Source: Syntrophus aciditrophicus
GTDB taxonomy: Bacteria; Desulfobacterota; Syntrophia; Syntrophales; UBA5619
Length of the DNA: 53,407 nucleotides
Direction: 5' to 3'
NCBI GenBank assembly: GCA_020726025.1
Contig: DYTH01000003.1
Coordinates: 1 to 53,407, forward strand
Shown here: positions 27,588 to 39,857 of the stretch, in pieces
Position numbering within the stretch: position 1 is the first letter of the stretch
Layout of the letters: the number at the start of each line of letters is the position of its first letter
Made by a program: the position numbers and the translations under genes
The notes under the pieces: generated by a model
What the model was told of the DNA's origin: nothing
Databases searched by the model: none
Seen by the model: the letters and a program-made list of their open reading frames with translations, nothing else

Positions 27588-29656
27588 CGATGGAAAGCGC
27601 AGACGGATTCTTCAATCTTTACAATCATGGATTCATAAGAACCGCCGTCTGCCTTCCCGAAGTGCGGGTGGCCGACGTCTCCTTCAATACGGCCGAAACG
27701 ATCGCCCTGGTAAAAAAGGCAGCGGCTGAAAAGGCCATTTTCGCGCTTTTCCCGGAGTTGGGAATCTCGGCTTACTCCAATGACGACCTCTTTCAGCAGG
27801 AGGCGCTCCTCGACGGGGTTCTGGCGTCGATCCGGGAAATTGCCTCTGAAACGGGCGGTCTCAACATCGTGGTCGCCGTCGGCGCCCCGCTTCGGATTGA
27901 TTTCCGTCTTTTCAACGCCGGGGTTGTCATCTACCGGGGGAAAATCATCGGCGCGGCGCTGAAATCCTATCTCCCCAACTATAGGGAATTCTACGAGGTC
28001 CGGCAGTTCTGCCCCGCCGAGGAGGCGGTTTCAAAAACGATCATGCTCTGCGGACAAAAGGATGTTCCCTGCGGCGCCGACCTTATTTTTACCGTCGAAA
28101 ACATTCCCCACTTCCGTCTTTTTCTGGAGATGTGCGAGGATCTCTGGGTGCCGGTTCCCCCGTCATCCTTCGCGGCGCTGGCCGGAGCGACCGTGATCGG
28201 GAATCTTTCCGCCTCGAACGCCACCATCGGGAAAGCGGAATACCGCCGCAGCCTGGCCTCGAATCAGTCTGCCCGCTGCCTTGCCGCTTATCTCTATGCG
28301 GCGGCCGGCCCCGGGGAATCGACAACCGACCTGGCCTGGGACGGCCACGCCATGATTTACGAAAATGGCAATCTGCTTGCCCAGTCGGAGCGCTTCTCCG
28401 ACCACTCCCGGATCATCATCGCCGACATAGACCTGGACCGTCTCGCACAGGACCGGATGCGGCAGACAACCTTCAGCAAAAACGCCTTCACCCATAAAGA
28501 TAAAGTCGCTGACTTCCGCACGATTCGAATCCAGACCGAACCGATCACGGGGCGTCTCCCCCTCCAGCGCGAATTCGGACGGTTTCCCTACATCCCGGCC
28601 AACCCGGAAAAACGCAACGAGCGCTGTTACGAAGCCTACAATATCCAGGTACAGGGGCTTTCGCAGCGGTTGAAATCCTCGGGGATTGAGAAGGTCGTGA
28701 TCGGCATCTCCGGAGGGCTTGACTCCACGCACGCCCTGATCGTAGCCGCACGCACGATGGACCTCCTGAAGCTGCCCCGCACCCATGTTCTTGCCTACAC
28801 CATGCCGGGATTCGCGACCTCCGACAAAACGCACAGAAACGCGCTCAAGCTGATGCAGGCGCTGGGCGTAGAGGCCAACGAAATCGACATACGACCGAGC
28901 TGCATGCAGATGCTGAAGGATATCGGCCACCCGTTCGCGGACGGGAGGGCGGTTTACGACGTGACCTTTGAAAACATCCAGGCCGGAGAGAGAACCTCGC
29001 ACCTCTTTCGCATCGCCAACAACAGAAACGCGCTTGTTGTCGGCACCGGCGATCTGAGCGAACTGGCGCTCGGCTGGTGTACTTACGGGGTCGGCGACCA
29101 TATTTCCCACTACAACGTCAACGCCAGCGTTCCCAAAACGCTCATCCAGCACCTGATCCGCTGGGTTGCAAAATCAGACGACTGCCCACCGGAAACATCG
29201 GCAGTCCTGCTCGACATCCTCGAGACGGGAATCAGCCCGGAGCTGATTCCCGGGGAAAAAGGCGCGCAGCCCTTCCAGAAGACCGAGGAGATCGTCGGCC
29301 CTTACGAACTCCAGGATTTCAACACCTTTTACGCGACACGGTACGGTTATCTTCCGACAAAGATCGCCTTCATGGCCTGGTGCGCCTGGAGCGACATAAC
29401 GAAGGGCGACTGGCCGGACGTCCCTTCGGATAAGAGGAACCATTACTCTATCAACGAGATTCGCCACTGGCTGCACATCTTTCTGTTCCGCTTTTTTCAG
29501 ACCAGCCAGTTCAAGCGCTCCTGCATTCCCAACGGCCCCAAGGTCGGCTCCGGCGGCTCGCTGTCGCCGCGTGGCGACTACCGCGCCCCCAGCGACTCGC
29601 AGGCCGCCGTCTGGCTGGAAAATGCCAGAAATATCCCGGAGAATGACGAAGAATGA
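27584..29656 (+). CDS. nadE: Glutamine-dependent NAD+ synthetase
   Basis: Nitrilase domain ([20 protein letters not shown]) fused to a synthetase domain ([28 protein letters not shown]). Confidence 0.95.
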   Translation: MTMESADGFFNLYNHGFIRTAVCLPEVRVADVSFNTAETIALVKKAAAEKAIFALFPELGISAYSNDDLFQQEALLDGVLASIREIASETGGLNIVVAVGAPLRIDFRLFNAGVVIYRGKIIGAALKSYLPNYREFYEVRQFCPAEEAVSKTIMLCGQKDVPCGADLIFTVENIPHFRLFLEMCEDLWVPVPPSSFAALAGATVIGNLSASNATIGKAEYRRSLASNQSARCLAAYLYAAAGPGESTTDLAWDGHAMIYENGNLLAQSERFSDHSRIIIADIDLDRLAQDRMRQTTFSKNAFTHKDKVADFRTIRIQTEPITGRLPLQREFGRFPYIPANPEKRNERCYEAYNIQVQGLSQRLKSSGIEKVVIGISGGLDSTHALIVAARTMDLLKLPRTHVLAYTMPGFATSDKTHRNALKLMQALGVEANEIDIRPSCMQMLKDIGHPFADGRAVYDVTFENIQAGERTSHLFRIANNRNALVVGTGDLSELALGWCTYGVGDHISHYNVNASVPKTLIQHLIRWVAKSDDCPPETSAVLLDILETGISPELIPGEKGAQPFQKTEEIVGPYELQDFNTFYATRYGYLPTKIAFMAWCAWSDITKGDWPDVPSDKRNHYSINEIRHWLHIFLFRFFQTSQFKRSCIPNGPKVGSGGSLSPRGDYRAPSDSQAAVWLENARNIPENDEE

Positions 29657-29856
29657 AACCAAGACCCCAATACGACGATTTCAACGCGACCGAACTCTTC
29701 TGTCCGAAATGCAAACGGGCCGTTCCGGTCAGAAAGCGTCTGCTGCTGATCCTGCCGGAAGGCGACAAGTACGACTACTACTGCCCCTACTGCGGCACCT
29801 CCGTCGGGGAAAAACTCGTCACCGAGCGCGACAAGCCCTTTTCGCTGCTCCGATAA
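29653..29856 (+). CDS. Small zinc-ribbon protein
   Basis: CPKC...CPYC; ATGA overlap with the nadE stop. Confidence 0.75.
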   Translation: MKPRPQYDDFNATELFCPKCKRAVPVRKRLLLILPEGDKYDYYCPYCGTSVGEKLVTERDKPFSLLR

Positions 29857-29895
29857 ATAAAGAAAGGGCGGGAACCATCCCGCCCTTTCTTTATT
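29856..29895. terminator. Bidirectional intrinsic terminator
   Basis: AATAAAGAAAGGGCGGGA-acca-TCCCGCCCTTTCTTTATT perfect 18-bp stem between convergent genes. Confidence 0.85.
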
Positions 29896-29915
29896 ACAAA
29901 CCATCAAAAAACATC

Positions 29916-31871
<1,956 letters not shown>

Positions 31872-31910
31872 GTTGTCTCTCCTTTTTTAATTGCTGAACT
31901 ATGACTCTGT

Positions 31911-32363
31911 TTATCTCTTCTTTTCCATTGCTTTCTTAAGTTTCTCAGCCAGGGCGCCCATACCCTCCCGGGCGCCCGGATCGGCATAAAATACAACCTG
32001 TTCCCTGGGGGCGGTTGTTCCCTCGAAATAATCGCCCAGAAGCTCGCGACTGTGAACATCCTCGTGACAGTAGGCGCAGAGGTTTTCCCAGTTGCTTCCA
32101 TCCGGCGGATTGTTGTGATGATTGCCGTCTTTATGATGCACGGTAAGAAGATGCCGGTTGGAAGCGTCAAACTCTCTGCCGCAGCGGGCGCAGACCAGCC
32201 CGTGCATGGCGAGAGCTTTTTCCCGGTAATCCTCCTCGCCGGGCGCTTGCGCCGCCTTCATCTGGCGCACGATATCTTCTGCGGAACGGGATGAAGATGC
32301 CTTCTCGGGCGTCTTTTTGACAACGACATGCCCCCCTCTTTTACCGTAGGTTACTGCGGCCAT
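31911..32363 (-). CDS. YajD-family HNH nuclease
   Basis: YREKAL..CARCGREF..LTVHHKDGNHHNNPPDGSNWENLCAYCH. Confidence 0.85.
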   Translation of the reverse strand: MAAVTYGKRGGHVVVKKTPEKASSSRSAEDIVRQMKAAQAPGEEDYREKALAMHGLVCARCGREFDASNRHLLTVHHKDGNHHNNPPDGSNWENLCAYCHEDVHSRELLGDYFEGTTAPREQVVFYADPGAREGMGALAEKLKKAMEKKR

Positions 32364-32372
32364 CCAAAGACC

Positions 32373-32759
32373 TCATTTATTTTTCAGGGAATCCCAAAAA
32401 GCCCTGACTCCTTTGATAACCGCTCCGTACTTCCAAAAGGCGTTAGCAAAAGGAAGGGCGACCTGTTCCCGAAAAATCTTCTCCCTGTCCAGATAAAAAT
32501 TCATGGACGAGTTGATTTTTTCTACTGTCAAAACAATATCTTCCGTTTGCCGTTCTACGGCGCCGGCAACCCTGTTCGTACGGGCCGTGATCTCTTCGAG
32601 GTTTTTCATCACAGCGGGAAGGCTCTGATTGATACTGCAAAGGGTCTCTTCGGCCTTCGCCGCCGTTTTTTTGATCTGAATCAAAAGCGGGACGGCCCAG
32701 GCAGCCAGGGCAAGAAAGGCCACGCCAATAACCAGCAGGATGATTTCCATCTTCGTCAT
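32373..32759 (-). CDS. DUF948 (YoxC-like) membrane-anchored coiled-coil protein
   Basis: N-terminal TM helix followed by heptad-rich helix; typical partner of YtxH proteins. Confidence 0.7.
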   Translation of the reverse strand: MTKMEIILLVIGVAFLALAAWAVPLLIQIKKTAAKAEETLCSINQSLPAVMKNLEEITARTNRVAGAVERQTEDIVLTVEKINSSMNFYLDREKIFREQVALPFANAFWKYGAVIKGVRAFWDSLKNK

Positions 32760-32793
32760 GGCAAACTCCTTTTCGATACCACGGGATCATCCC

Positions 32794-33168
32794 CTAAACC
32801 TTTTTCTGCTCTTCCTTGAAGGCCTCCACGCCGGCTGTAAGGGCGTTTTTCAGACGGCTCTTGCCGTCCGTCAGTGTATCTTTGCCCTGTTCCTTCAATT
32901 CCGCGACCTTCTCTTCCACTGCGTCAACCTTCTGCTGGGTCTGCTCTTCCAGTTTTTTCAGCTTTGCCAGCGTCGCTTCGTAGGCCTTCCTGCTTTTCTC
33001 GACGGCAATTTCGTATTCGTCCTTTGCCCTGGAAAGAAGCTCGTCCGTCTTTCTGCTTATATCCTCGCGCGTCTCTCTTCCGCTTTTTGGCGCATAAATA
33101 ATCCCCACCAGGGCGCCCAAAAAACCACCGATAACAATACCCGCAATCAAATCACCGCGATTACTCAT
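32794..33168 (-). CDS. YtxH-domain protein
   Basis: GIVIGGFLGALVGIIYAPKSGRETR motif plus coiled coil. Confidence 0.88.
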   Translation of the reverse strand: MSNRGDLIAGIVIGGFLGALVGIIYAPKSGRETREDISRKTDELLSRAKDEYEIAVEKSRKAYEATLAKLKKLEEQTQQKVDAVEEKVAELKEQGKDTLTDGKSRLKNALTAGVEAFKEEQKKV

Positions 33169-33251
33169 GGTTGCACCTCCATTATCGTTTTTTTATCGAA
33201 ATGACCCGTCGTTTATATAATAGATTGGGGAAGATAGTCAAAAATTAAGAT

Positions 33252-33284
33252 AAAAAAAGGCTGGAACAATGTCCCAGCCTTTTT
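33252..33284 (-). terminator. Intrinsic terminator after the small lipoprotein gene
   Basis: AAAAAAAGGCTGG...CCAGCCTTTTT hairpin with A/T tracts on both sides. Confidence 0.75.
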
Positions 33285-33299
33285 GAGCGTGATACAGAA

Positions 33300-33494
33300 T
33301 TACTTTGTTGCCGGAGCTGCTGCGGGGGTAGCCGGAGCTGCCGGGGCTGCTTCGGGGGTAGCCGGAGCCGGAGCCGGAGCCGGGGCTGCTGTCTCCGCGG
33401 GTTTCGGCTCTTCTTTCTTGCTGCAGCCTACAACCGCGAAGGAAATCGTTGCCAGAAATAAAATAGAAATAATCATTGCAATTGCCTTCTTCAT
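33300..33494 (-). CDS. Small Pro/Ala-rich lipoprotein
   Basis: MKK-hydrophobic-VVGC lipobox, then APAPAP low-complexity tail; AAGGAGG RBS. Confidence 0.8.
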   Translation of the reverse strand: MKKAIAMIISILFLATISFAVVGCSKKEEPKPAETAAPAPAPAPATPEAAPAAPATPAAAPATK

Positions 33495-33637
33495 TTAATG
33501 TCTCCTCCTTTCGTAGAATGTGATCCTGCAAGTCATCAAAACAATCACTGCAAGTTGGCGGCTATTTACTCTTTTTTTTCAGCTTGTCAAGAGAATTTTA
33601 TCAAGATATAAGAAGCAGGGTATAAGGAGATCAGGTT

Positions 33638-35314
33638 ATGATTCTTGGCATAGACGTAGGCGGAACGCACACCGATGCAGCGCTGATCGATGGCTGCCGG
33701 GTTGTTAAGAAGGCTAAGGTCCCCACGGACAATGACAGCATCCTTCTTTCCCTGCTGGAGGTCACAAAAGAAATCATCGACAACTCCGTAATCCCTCTAC
33801 TCGAGCGGGTTGTCCTGAGCACGACAATCTCCACCAACGCGATCGTGCAAAATAAGATAGAGCGCGTCGGCATGTTGATTTCAAGCGGTCCGGGCGTCTC
33901 TTTCGATTCACTGAATGTCTGCCCGGACACCCATTTTCTGTCGGGTTCCATCAATCACCGCGGCAAGGAGATGGAGACGTTGAACGCAGAAGAGGCAAAA
34001 AGGGCTCTTGCGCATTTGACTTCCAGTGGAATCAAAAATATTGGAATCGTTGGAAAGTTCTCGATCCGCAATCCCAAACATGAGTTTGAGCTCATGGAAC
34101 TTGCCCGCAACCAGGCGGATCACGTCACCATCGGCCACAACATGTCCGGACGGCTTAATTTTCCCAGACGCATCTCCACAACCTTTCTCAACGAGGCGGT
34201 CTGGCGAATCTACCGGGAGTTTGTCCACAATGTCTCCGATTTTATCAGCAGACGGGGAGTGAACGTCCCCATCTACATACTGAAAGCGGACGGCGGCGTC
34301 ATGGAACTTTCCGGCTCCGCCGAATTTCCGGTGCAGACAATACTATCCGGGCCGGCGGCCAGCATCATGGGAATCATGGCAACAACGCGCTGTAAAACGG
34401 ACTCCTTCGCCCTTGACATCGGAGGCACAACCACCGATATTTCCGTATTTGCCGAGGGGGTTCCCCTGCTCGAACCCTTTGGCGTTACCATAGAAAATAA
34501 AAAAACATTGATCCGGGGATTGCGCACCCGCTCAATCGGTGTCGGCGGCGATAGCGTCGTCCGCATGGAAAAAGGCGCACTCGCAATCGGCCCTGACCGC
34601 GAGGGACCGGCAGCGGGACTGGGCGGATTGTTTCCCACGCCAACCGATGCGATGATCGTTCTCGGCCTGACAACCATCGGGGATTTTCAGAAGGCCTGCA
34701 ACGCACTCGCACCTTTGGCCGAATCGCTCTGTTGCGGGGTAAAGGATGCGGCCATGAAGATATATACGGAAACCTGCCGGAAAATTGCCTCGGCGTCGGT
34801 TGAGTTTCTCAATGAAATCAACGACGCCCCTGTTTATACGATTCATGAGATGCTCGACAACCGGAAGCTTGAACCGGAAAATCTCTTCGCTGTCGGCGGC
34901 CCGGCGAGGGAAATGGCCGGGGAGATCGCCAGACTGCTAAAAACGGAATTTGACATACCGTGCGATCCGCAAATCCCCGTCAATTACGAAATAGCCAATG
35001 CGATCGGGGCGGCGCTTTCCCGGACAACCGCGGAGCTGACCGTCCTTGCGGATACGGAAAGACGCCTTCTGACGATTGCGGAAGAAGGCTCGCAATCCCC
35101 GATTCCCGCCACGTTTACCCTTGCGCAAACCGCCGGGGTCTGCCGTGAACGATTGAGGGCCCGTATGGTTAACACGGACAATTTTAACGTGGAGCCGGAG
35201 ATTGAGATTGTCGAATCCCAGGAATTCAACATTGTCGATGAATTTTACACAGTCGGCAGGAACATCCGGGTAAAGGGACAGATTAAGCCGGGGATTATTA
35301 AAGAATGCCGATAG
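33638..35314 (+). CDS. Hydantoinase/oxoprolinase A-type ATPase family protein
   Basis: GIDVGGTHTD, STTISTNA, TILSGPAAS, DIGGTTTD, SIGVGGDS, PTPTDA, ANAIGAA. Confidence 0.88.
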   Translation: MILGIDVGGTHTDAALIDGCRVVKKAKVPTDNDSILLSLLEVTKEIIDNSVIPLLERVVLSTTISTNAIVQNKIERVGMLISSGPGVSFDSLNVCPDTHFLSGSINHRGKEMETLNAEEAKRALAHLTSSGIKNIGIVGKFSIRNPKHEFELMELARNQADHVTIGHNMSGRLNFPRRISTTFLNEAVWRIYREFVHNVSDFISRRGVNVPIYILKADGGVMELSGSAEFPVQTILSGPAASIMGIMATTRCKTDSFALDIGGTTTDISVFAEGVPLLEPFGVTIENKKTLIRGLRTRSIGVGGDSVVRMEKGALAIGPDREGPAAGLGGLFPTPTDAMIVLGLTTIGDFQKACNALAPLAESLCCGVKDAAMKIYTETCRKIASASVEFLNEINDAPVYTIHEMLDNRKLEPENLFAVGGPAREMAGEIARLLKTEFDIPCDPQIPVNYEIANAIGAALSRTTAELTVLADTERRLLTIAEEGSQSPIPATFTLAQTAGVCRERLRARMVNTDNFNVEPEIEIVESQEFNIVDEFYTVGRNIRVKGQIKPGIIKECR

Positions 35315-35345
35315 AGAGGCCGCAAAAGTCAGGGGTTCATGGTCA

Positions 35346-36659
35346 ATGACAACAAAAAAGCTGAAAAAAACCGGTTTGATATTCTTTCCCGCCTTCGACT
35401 GGGCGATATCTCCCACCCACCCGGAGAGGGAGGAGCGCCTGCTCTACACGCAGGATCAGGTCTTCGAGGAAGGGCTTTTGGATTTTGACAACATCCGCGA
35501 ATACAAACCGGAAGTAGCCGCAGCCGAAGACATCAACCGAGCCCACATCTGCGTGCCCGATGCCGGGTCCGTCGTTACCGAATCCCATCTTATTTCGGCC
35601 GGAGGGGCCATCACAGCGGCAAGGAAGGTTCTTTCCGGGGAGGTTGACAACGCCTTCGCCCTTGTCAGACCGCCCGGCCATCATGCCATGCTCGTCGTTC
35701 ATGGGGCCAGGGGTTTCTGCAACGTGAATATCGAAGCCATCATGATCGAGTACATTCGCCGCCATTACGGCCACAAAAGAATCGCCGTCGTGGATACCGA
35801 CTGCCATCACGGAGACGGAACCCAGGATATCTTCTGGAACGACCCTGATACCCTCTGCATCTCCATGCACCAGGATGGGCGGACGCTTTATCCGGGCACA
35901 GGATTCATCAACGACTTCGGCGGCCCCAACGCCCTCGGTGCGACCATCAACATCCCGCTCCCGCCCGAAACCGGCGACGAGGGCTATCTGAGCGTTGTCG
36001 AACGGGTCGTTCTGCCGATACTGGACGCGTTCAAACCCGATATCGTCATCAACTCGGCCGGTCAGGACAACCACTACTCCGACCCGTTGACCAACATGCT
36101 GGTTTCCGCGCAGGGATACGCCAGACTCAACGAATTGCTCGCCCCCGACATCGCCGTTCTTGAGGGGGGCTATTCGATTGAACGGGCTCTTCCCTACACC
36201 AATGTCGGGATCATCCTCGCAATGGCCGGGCTCGATTACAGCCATGTCCGGGAACCCGATTACAATCCGGAAAAACTCCGTCAAAGCTCCTCCGTCACCA
36301 GGGCAATAGACGGGGAAATCGATGAGATACTGGATCTCTGGAAACACCGGCACAGCATGAAAAAAAAGGTCGCCGGCGATGCACGTTACTTCAAACGCAA
36401 AAAATCCATTTATTACGACACCGACAACATCCGGGAGACACAGACCGAGACGGTGCGCATCTGTGATGACTGCGGCGGAATGGTGATGATCGAATCCTTT
36501 GCCAGCACCGGCAACAACATCTTTGCCGTTGTTCTTCCCCCCCGCTGCTGTCCGGAGTGCCGGGCGGAGGGAGAGGAATTTTACGCCTGCACCGATCACG
36601 GCAGGTACAACCACATCTATTTTCAGGACAGAGACAGGGGAATTTTCCTGTCTAAATAA
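35346..36659 (+). CDS. Histone deacetylase-family amidohydrolase with Cys-rich C-terminal extension
   Basis: HPE, RPPGHHA, GFC, DTDCHHGDGT, SAGQD, EGGY; C-terminal CDDC and CCPEC. Confidence 0.9.
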   Translation: MTTKKLKKTGLIFFPAFDWAISPTHPEREERLLYTQDQVFEEGLLDFDNIREYKPEVAAAEDINRAHICVPDAGSVVTESHLISAGGAITAARKVLSGEVDNAFALVRPPGHHAMLVVHGARGFCNVNIEAIMIEYIRRHYGHKRIAVVDTDCHHGDGTQDIFWNDPDTLCISMHQDGRTLYPGTGFINDFGGPNALGATINIPLPPETGDEGYLSVVERVVLPILDAFKPDIVINSAGQDNHYSDPLTNMLVSAQGYARLNELLAPDIAVLEGGYSIERALPYTNVGIILAMAGLDYSHVREPDYNPEKLRQSSSVTRAIDGEIDEILDLWKHRHSMKKKVAGDARYFKRKKSIYYDTDNIRETQTETVRICDDCGGMVMIESFASTGNNIFAVVLPPRCCPECRAEGEEFYACTDHGRYNHIYFQDRDRGIFLSK

Positions 36660-36677
36660 AAAACAAAGGAGTGATTC

Positions 36678-37067
36678 ATGGCAGACGCGATTGACGAAAA
36701 AACAAAAGAAACAGCAAAGAAGCTTTTTGATGGCGGTGCGAAACTTGAGCCGTCGTACCTCATCTGGAAGGCCTTCGACAAGGACCTGGCCAAGGATTTT
36801 TCCCGTTTTATTACCGGAAATCTCTACTCGCGGACGGTGCTGACCCCGCAGGAACGGCAGATGGCGGCATGCGCAATCCTTGCCTCAATCCGCGCGGGTG
36901 AGGAATTGAAGCTTCACGTCAACGCCGCGCTCAATGTCGGCTGCGACCCCAAAAAGCTTGCGGAAGTCTTCTTCCAGGTGGCCACCTACGCGGGGATGCC
37001 CGCCGTCAATGAAGCGCTGGCGGTCTTCCGGTCTGTCCTCGTCGAGCGGGGAGAGTGGCCGGTGTAG
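36678..37067 (+). CDS. Carboxymuconolactone decarboxylase (CMD/AhpD-like) family protein
   Basis: LYSR..L...ERQ, ELKLHVNAALNVG, YAGMPA. Confidence 0.85.
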   Translation: MADAIDEKTKETAKKLFDGGAKLEPSYLIWKAFDKDLAKDFSRFITGNLYSRTVLTPQERQMAACAILASIRAGEELKLHVNAALNVGCDPKKLAEVFFQVATYAGMPAVNEALAVFRSVLVERGEWPV

Positions 37068-37078
37068 AAAAAAGGGTG

Positions 37079-37876
37079 TTACTCGCCGCGGAAAACCGGT
37101 TTTCGCTTTTCCGCGAAGGCGGCAAGCGCCTCCATGCGGTCTTTGGTCGGAATCGTCACATCATACGCCTTCGACTCAAGGGGCAGGCCCACCCCCAGGG
37201 ATGCCTCCATCCCGTAATTTACCGCGAACTTCGCCTGGGCAACCCCGATCGGGCCGTTTTTGGCTATCTCCCGCGCCATTTCCAGAGAGGCCGCCATCAG
37301 TTCCTCCGGCTCGACAACCTTGTTGACAAGCCCTATCTGGAGGGCGGTCTGCGCATCGATCCTGCGTGCGGTAAAGAGAAGCTCCTTGGCTTTGGCGATT
37401 CCCACGATTCTGGGCAGCCGCTGGGTGCCTCCGCCGCCCGGGATAATGCCAAGGCTGGTTTCGGTAAGCCCCATGATGACGCTGGAAGAGGCGATCCGGA
37501 TATCGCAGGCAAGGGCAATCTCCGTGCCGCCGCCAAAGGCGTAGCCGTTGATTGCGGCGATAACCGGCACGCGCACCTGCTCGACCGCGGTAAAGGTGTT
37601 TCGGATCGTGAAGATGAAGCGGCGCACCTGATCGTCGCTCAGCGTCCGGCGCTCCTTCAGATCGGCGCCGGTTGAAAACGATGATTTCTTCGGGTCGTCG
37701 CCCGCCGCGCCGGTGATAATGATGCAGCGGAGCGCCATGTCAAAGTTGGCCTCACGGATGACGTCCGAAAGTTCAGCCAGCAGGTCAAAGTTGAAGCAGT
37801 TCATCGCCTCGGGGCGATTGAGTGTGAGGATCAGGATCCCTTCGTCGGTTCTTTCCTTCAATAGAACATCAGCCAT
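37079..37876 (-). CDS. Enoyl-CoA hydratase/isomerase (crotonase) family
   Basis: LNRPEAMN, FSTGADLKER, AINGYAFGGGTEIALACD, LTETSLGIIPGGGGTQRLPR. Confidence 0.92.
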   Translation of the reverse strand: MADVLLKERTDEGILILTLNRPEAMNCFNFDLLAELSDVIREANFDMALRCIIITGAAGDDPKKSSFSTGADLKERRTLSDDQVRRFIFTIRNTFTAVEQVRVPVIAAINGYAFGGGTEIALACDIRIASSSVIMGLTETSLGIIPGGGGTQRLPRIVGIAKAKELLFTARRIDAQTALQIGLVNKVVEPEELMAASLEMAREIAKNGPIGVAQAKFAVNYGMEASLGVGLPLESKAYDVTIPTKDRMEALAAFAEKRKPVFRGE

Positions 37877-37937
37877 TTCAATACCTTTCAATCAATTAAA
37901 ATGAAGTCGCCTGGAGAAGCCGGGGCATCCGGACGCA

Positions 37938-39746
37938 TTAATCCCCACCTTTGTACATCGATTCAATCAGATCCGCGTATTGCGCATTGATGAACTTGCG
38001 CTTGACCTTCATGGTTGGCGTTACCTCGCCGTCTTCGGTATAGAGCTTCTTGTCGAGGATCCGGAACTTGCGGATATTTTCAACCCGGGCCACCTGGGCG
38101 TTCACCTTGTTGATCTCTTCCTGTATCAGACTAATCACCTCTTCCGTGTGCGTCAGGCTGGCAAATGTGGTGAATTGAACCTTCATATCCTGGGCGTACT
38201 TGACAACATTTTCCTCGTCGATCACGATGATGGCGCTGACAAACTTGCGTTTGTCGCCGATGACCACCGCGTCATTGATATAGGGCGAGAATTTAAGCAG
38301 GTTTTCAATGAACTGCGGGGCGATGTTCTTGCCGCCGGCGGTGATGATCAGATCCTTCTTGCGGTCGGTGATCTTCAGGAAACCTTCCGCGTCGATCTCG
38401 CCGACATCCCCCGTATGCATCCATCCGTCCTGCAGGGCCTCGCGGGTTGTCTCCTCATCCTTGAAATAGCCCTTGAATATTCCCTTGTGGCGGACAAGAA
38501 TTTCACCGTCTTCGGCTATCTTGACATCTGTTTCGGGAAGGGCCCTGCCGACCGTCCCGATCTTGAAGTGTTTCTCTTCGGACATGTGGGTGATGCCGGT
38601 GGTTTCCGTCATCCCGTACCCTTCCCGGATCGGGATGCCGATGCTCTGGAAATATTTCAATATGCTTGCGGATATTGGCGCGGCCCCGGAAAAACCGATC
38701 TTGACCCGGTCAAAACCGAGCCGCTCCTTGAGTTTTCTGAATGTGACGAAATAGGCAAGCTGGTAGGCCAGATACAGCCCCAGGGGAACCGGCCTGCCGG
38801 CAAGTTTGTCGTTGTTGTACCGCTCGCCGATCTTGATCGATACGCCGTAAACAAACTGCTTGAACGGGGTGGCGTCCTTCATCTTCAGGACAATGCCAGA
38901 GTAGTACTTTTCCCAGATTCTCGGCACCGCGTGGAACAGCGTTGGCGAGACGTCCTTCATGTCCGCCATGACAGTGTCGGTGTTCTCGGTGAAATTCACC
39001 GTATGACCGACCGTCATGTGGACCATCATGTCGAAAATCTGTTCGTACACATGATTCAACGGCAGAAACGAGATCGTCTCATCCTCGGGATGCCCCTGGG
39101 TAACGATCGTGGCCTTCTCACCGACCCAGAGATACCCTTCCTGGCAGAGCATGGCGCCCTTGGGGGGACCGGTCGTTCCGGATGTGTAAATAATTCCGGC
39201 GATGTCCTCACCCTTTCCCTGGGCGACAAGCTCATCGAAAAGTTTCGGCTCCTCTTGATCGGTCTTCTCACCGAGCGCGAGCAACTCGTCAAAGCTCATC
39301 ACCATCGGGTCATGGAAATCGCGCAGCCCCTCCATATCCCACACGATCAGCTTCTTCAGGGCAGGGGTGTTCTGACGAAAGGTCAACGCCTTGTCGAGCT
39401 GTTCCTCGTCTTCACAGAGATAGACCACCGAATCGGAATGGCCCACCACGTACTCGCACTCCTTGACCGGGTTGGTCGTGTAAACGCCGACAAAAGTGCC
39501 GCCCGCAGCCATTGCCCCAAAGGCGCAGTAGAGCCATTCCGGCTTGTTTTCACCGATGATCGAGACGTGATCATTCTTCCGCACGCCCAGTTTGTGGAGC
39601 CCCAAAGCCACATAGCGGACCTTCCGCAGATATTCCGACCAGTGAACATCCCGCCAGATGCCGAAATCCTTGTATCTCAGCGCAACCCGTTCGGGCTGTT
39701 TTTCCGTCATCCTGATCAAGGCCTTGGGCATTGTATCTATAAGCAT
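37938..39746 (-). CDS. Long-chain fatty acid--CoA ligase (AMP-binding)
   Basis: IYTSGTTGPPKGAM, VPRIWEK, EGYGMTE, HTGDVG, DRKKDLIITAGGKNIAP, TPTMKVKR. Confidence 0.9.
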   Translation of the reverse strand: MLIDTMPKALIRMTEKQPERVALRYKDFGIWRDVHWSEYLRKVRYVALGLHKLGVRKNDHVSIIGENKPEWLYCAFGAMAAGGTFVGVYTTNPVKECEYVVGHSDSVVYLCEDEEQLDKALTFRQNTPALKKLIVWDMEGLRDFHDPMVMSFDELLALGEKTDQEEPKLFDELVAQGKGEDIAGIIYTSGTTGPPKGAMLCQEGYLWVGEKATIVTQGHPEDETISFLPLNHVYEQIFDMMVHMTVGHTVNFTENTDTVMADMKDVSPTLFHAVPRIWEKYYSGIVLKMKDATPFKQFVYGVSIKIGERYNNDKLAGRPVPLGLYLAYQLAYFVTFRKLKERLGFDRVKIGFSGAAPISASILKYFQSIGIPIREGYGMTETTGITHMSEEKHFKIGTVGRALPETDVKIAEDGEILVRHKGIFKGYFKDEETTREALQDGWMHTGDVGEIDAEGFLKITDRKKDLIITAGGKNIAPQFIENLLKFSPYINDAVVIGDKRKFVSAIIVIDEENVVKYAQDMKVQFTTFASLTHTEEVISLIQEEINKVNAQVARVENIRKFRILDKKLYTEDGEVTPTMKVKRKFINAQYADLIESMYKGGD

Positions 39747-39857
39747 GCCTTTTTTCTCCCCGTTGGCATAGTATTGTCGCCTCTGCTGCCCTCCCCGGTC
39801 GGGGAGAGAAAATCGTGAGAGGTTTTTTAATCTTGAGCTTTGACGGCTCTTACGTCT

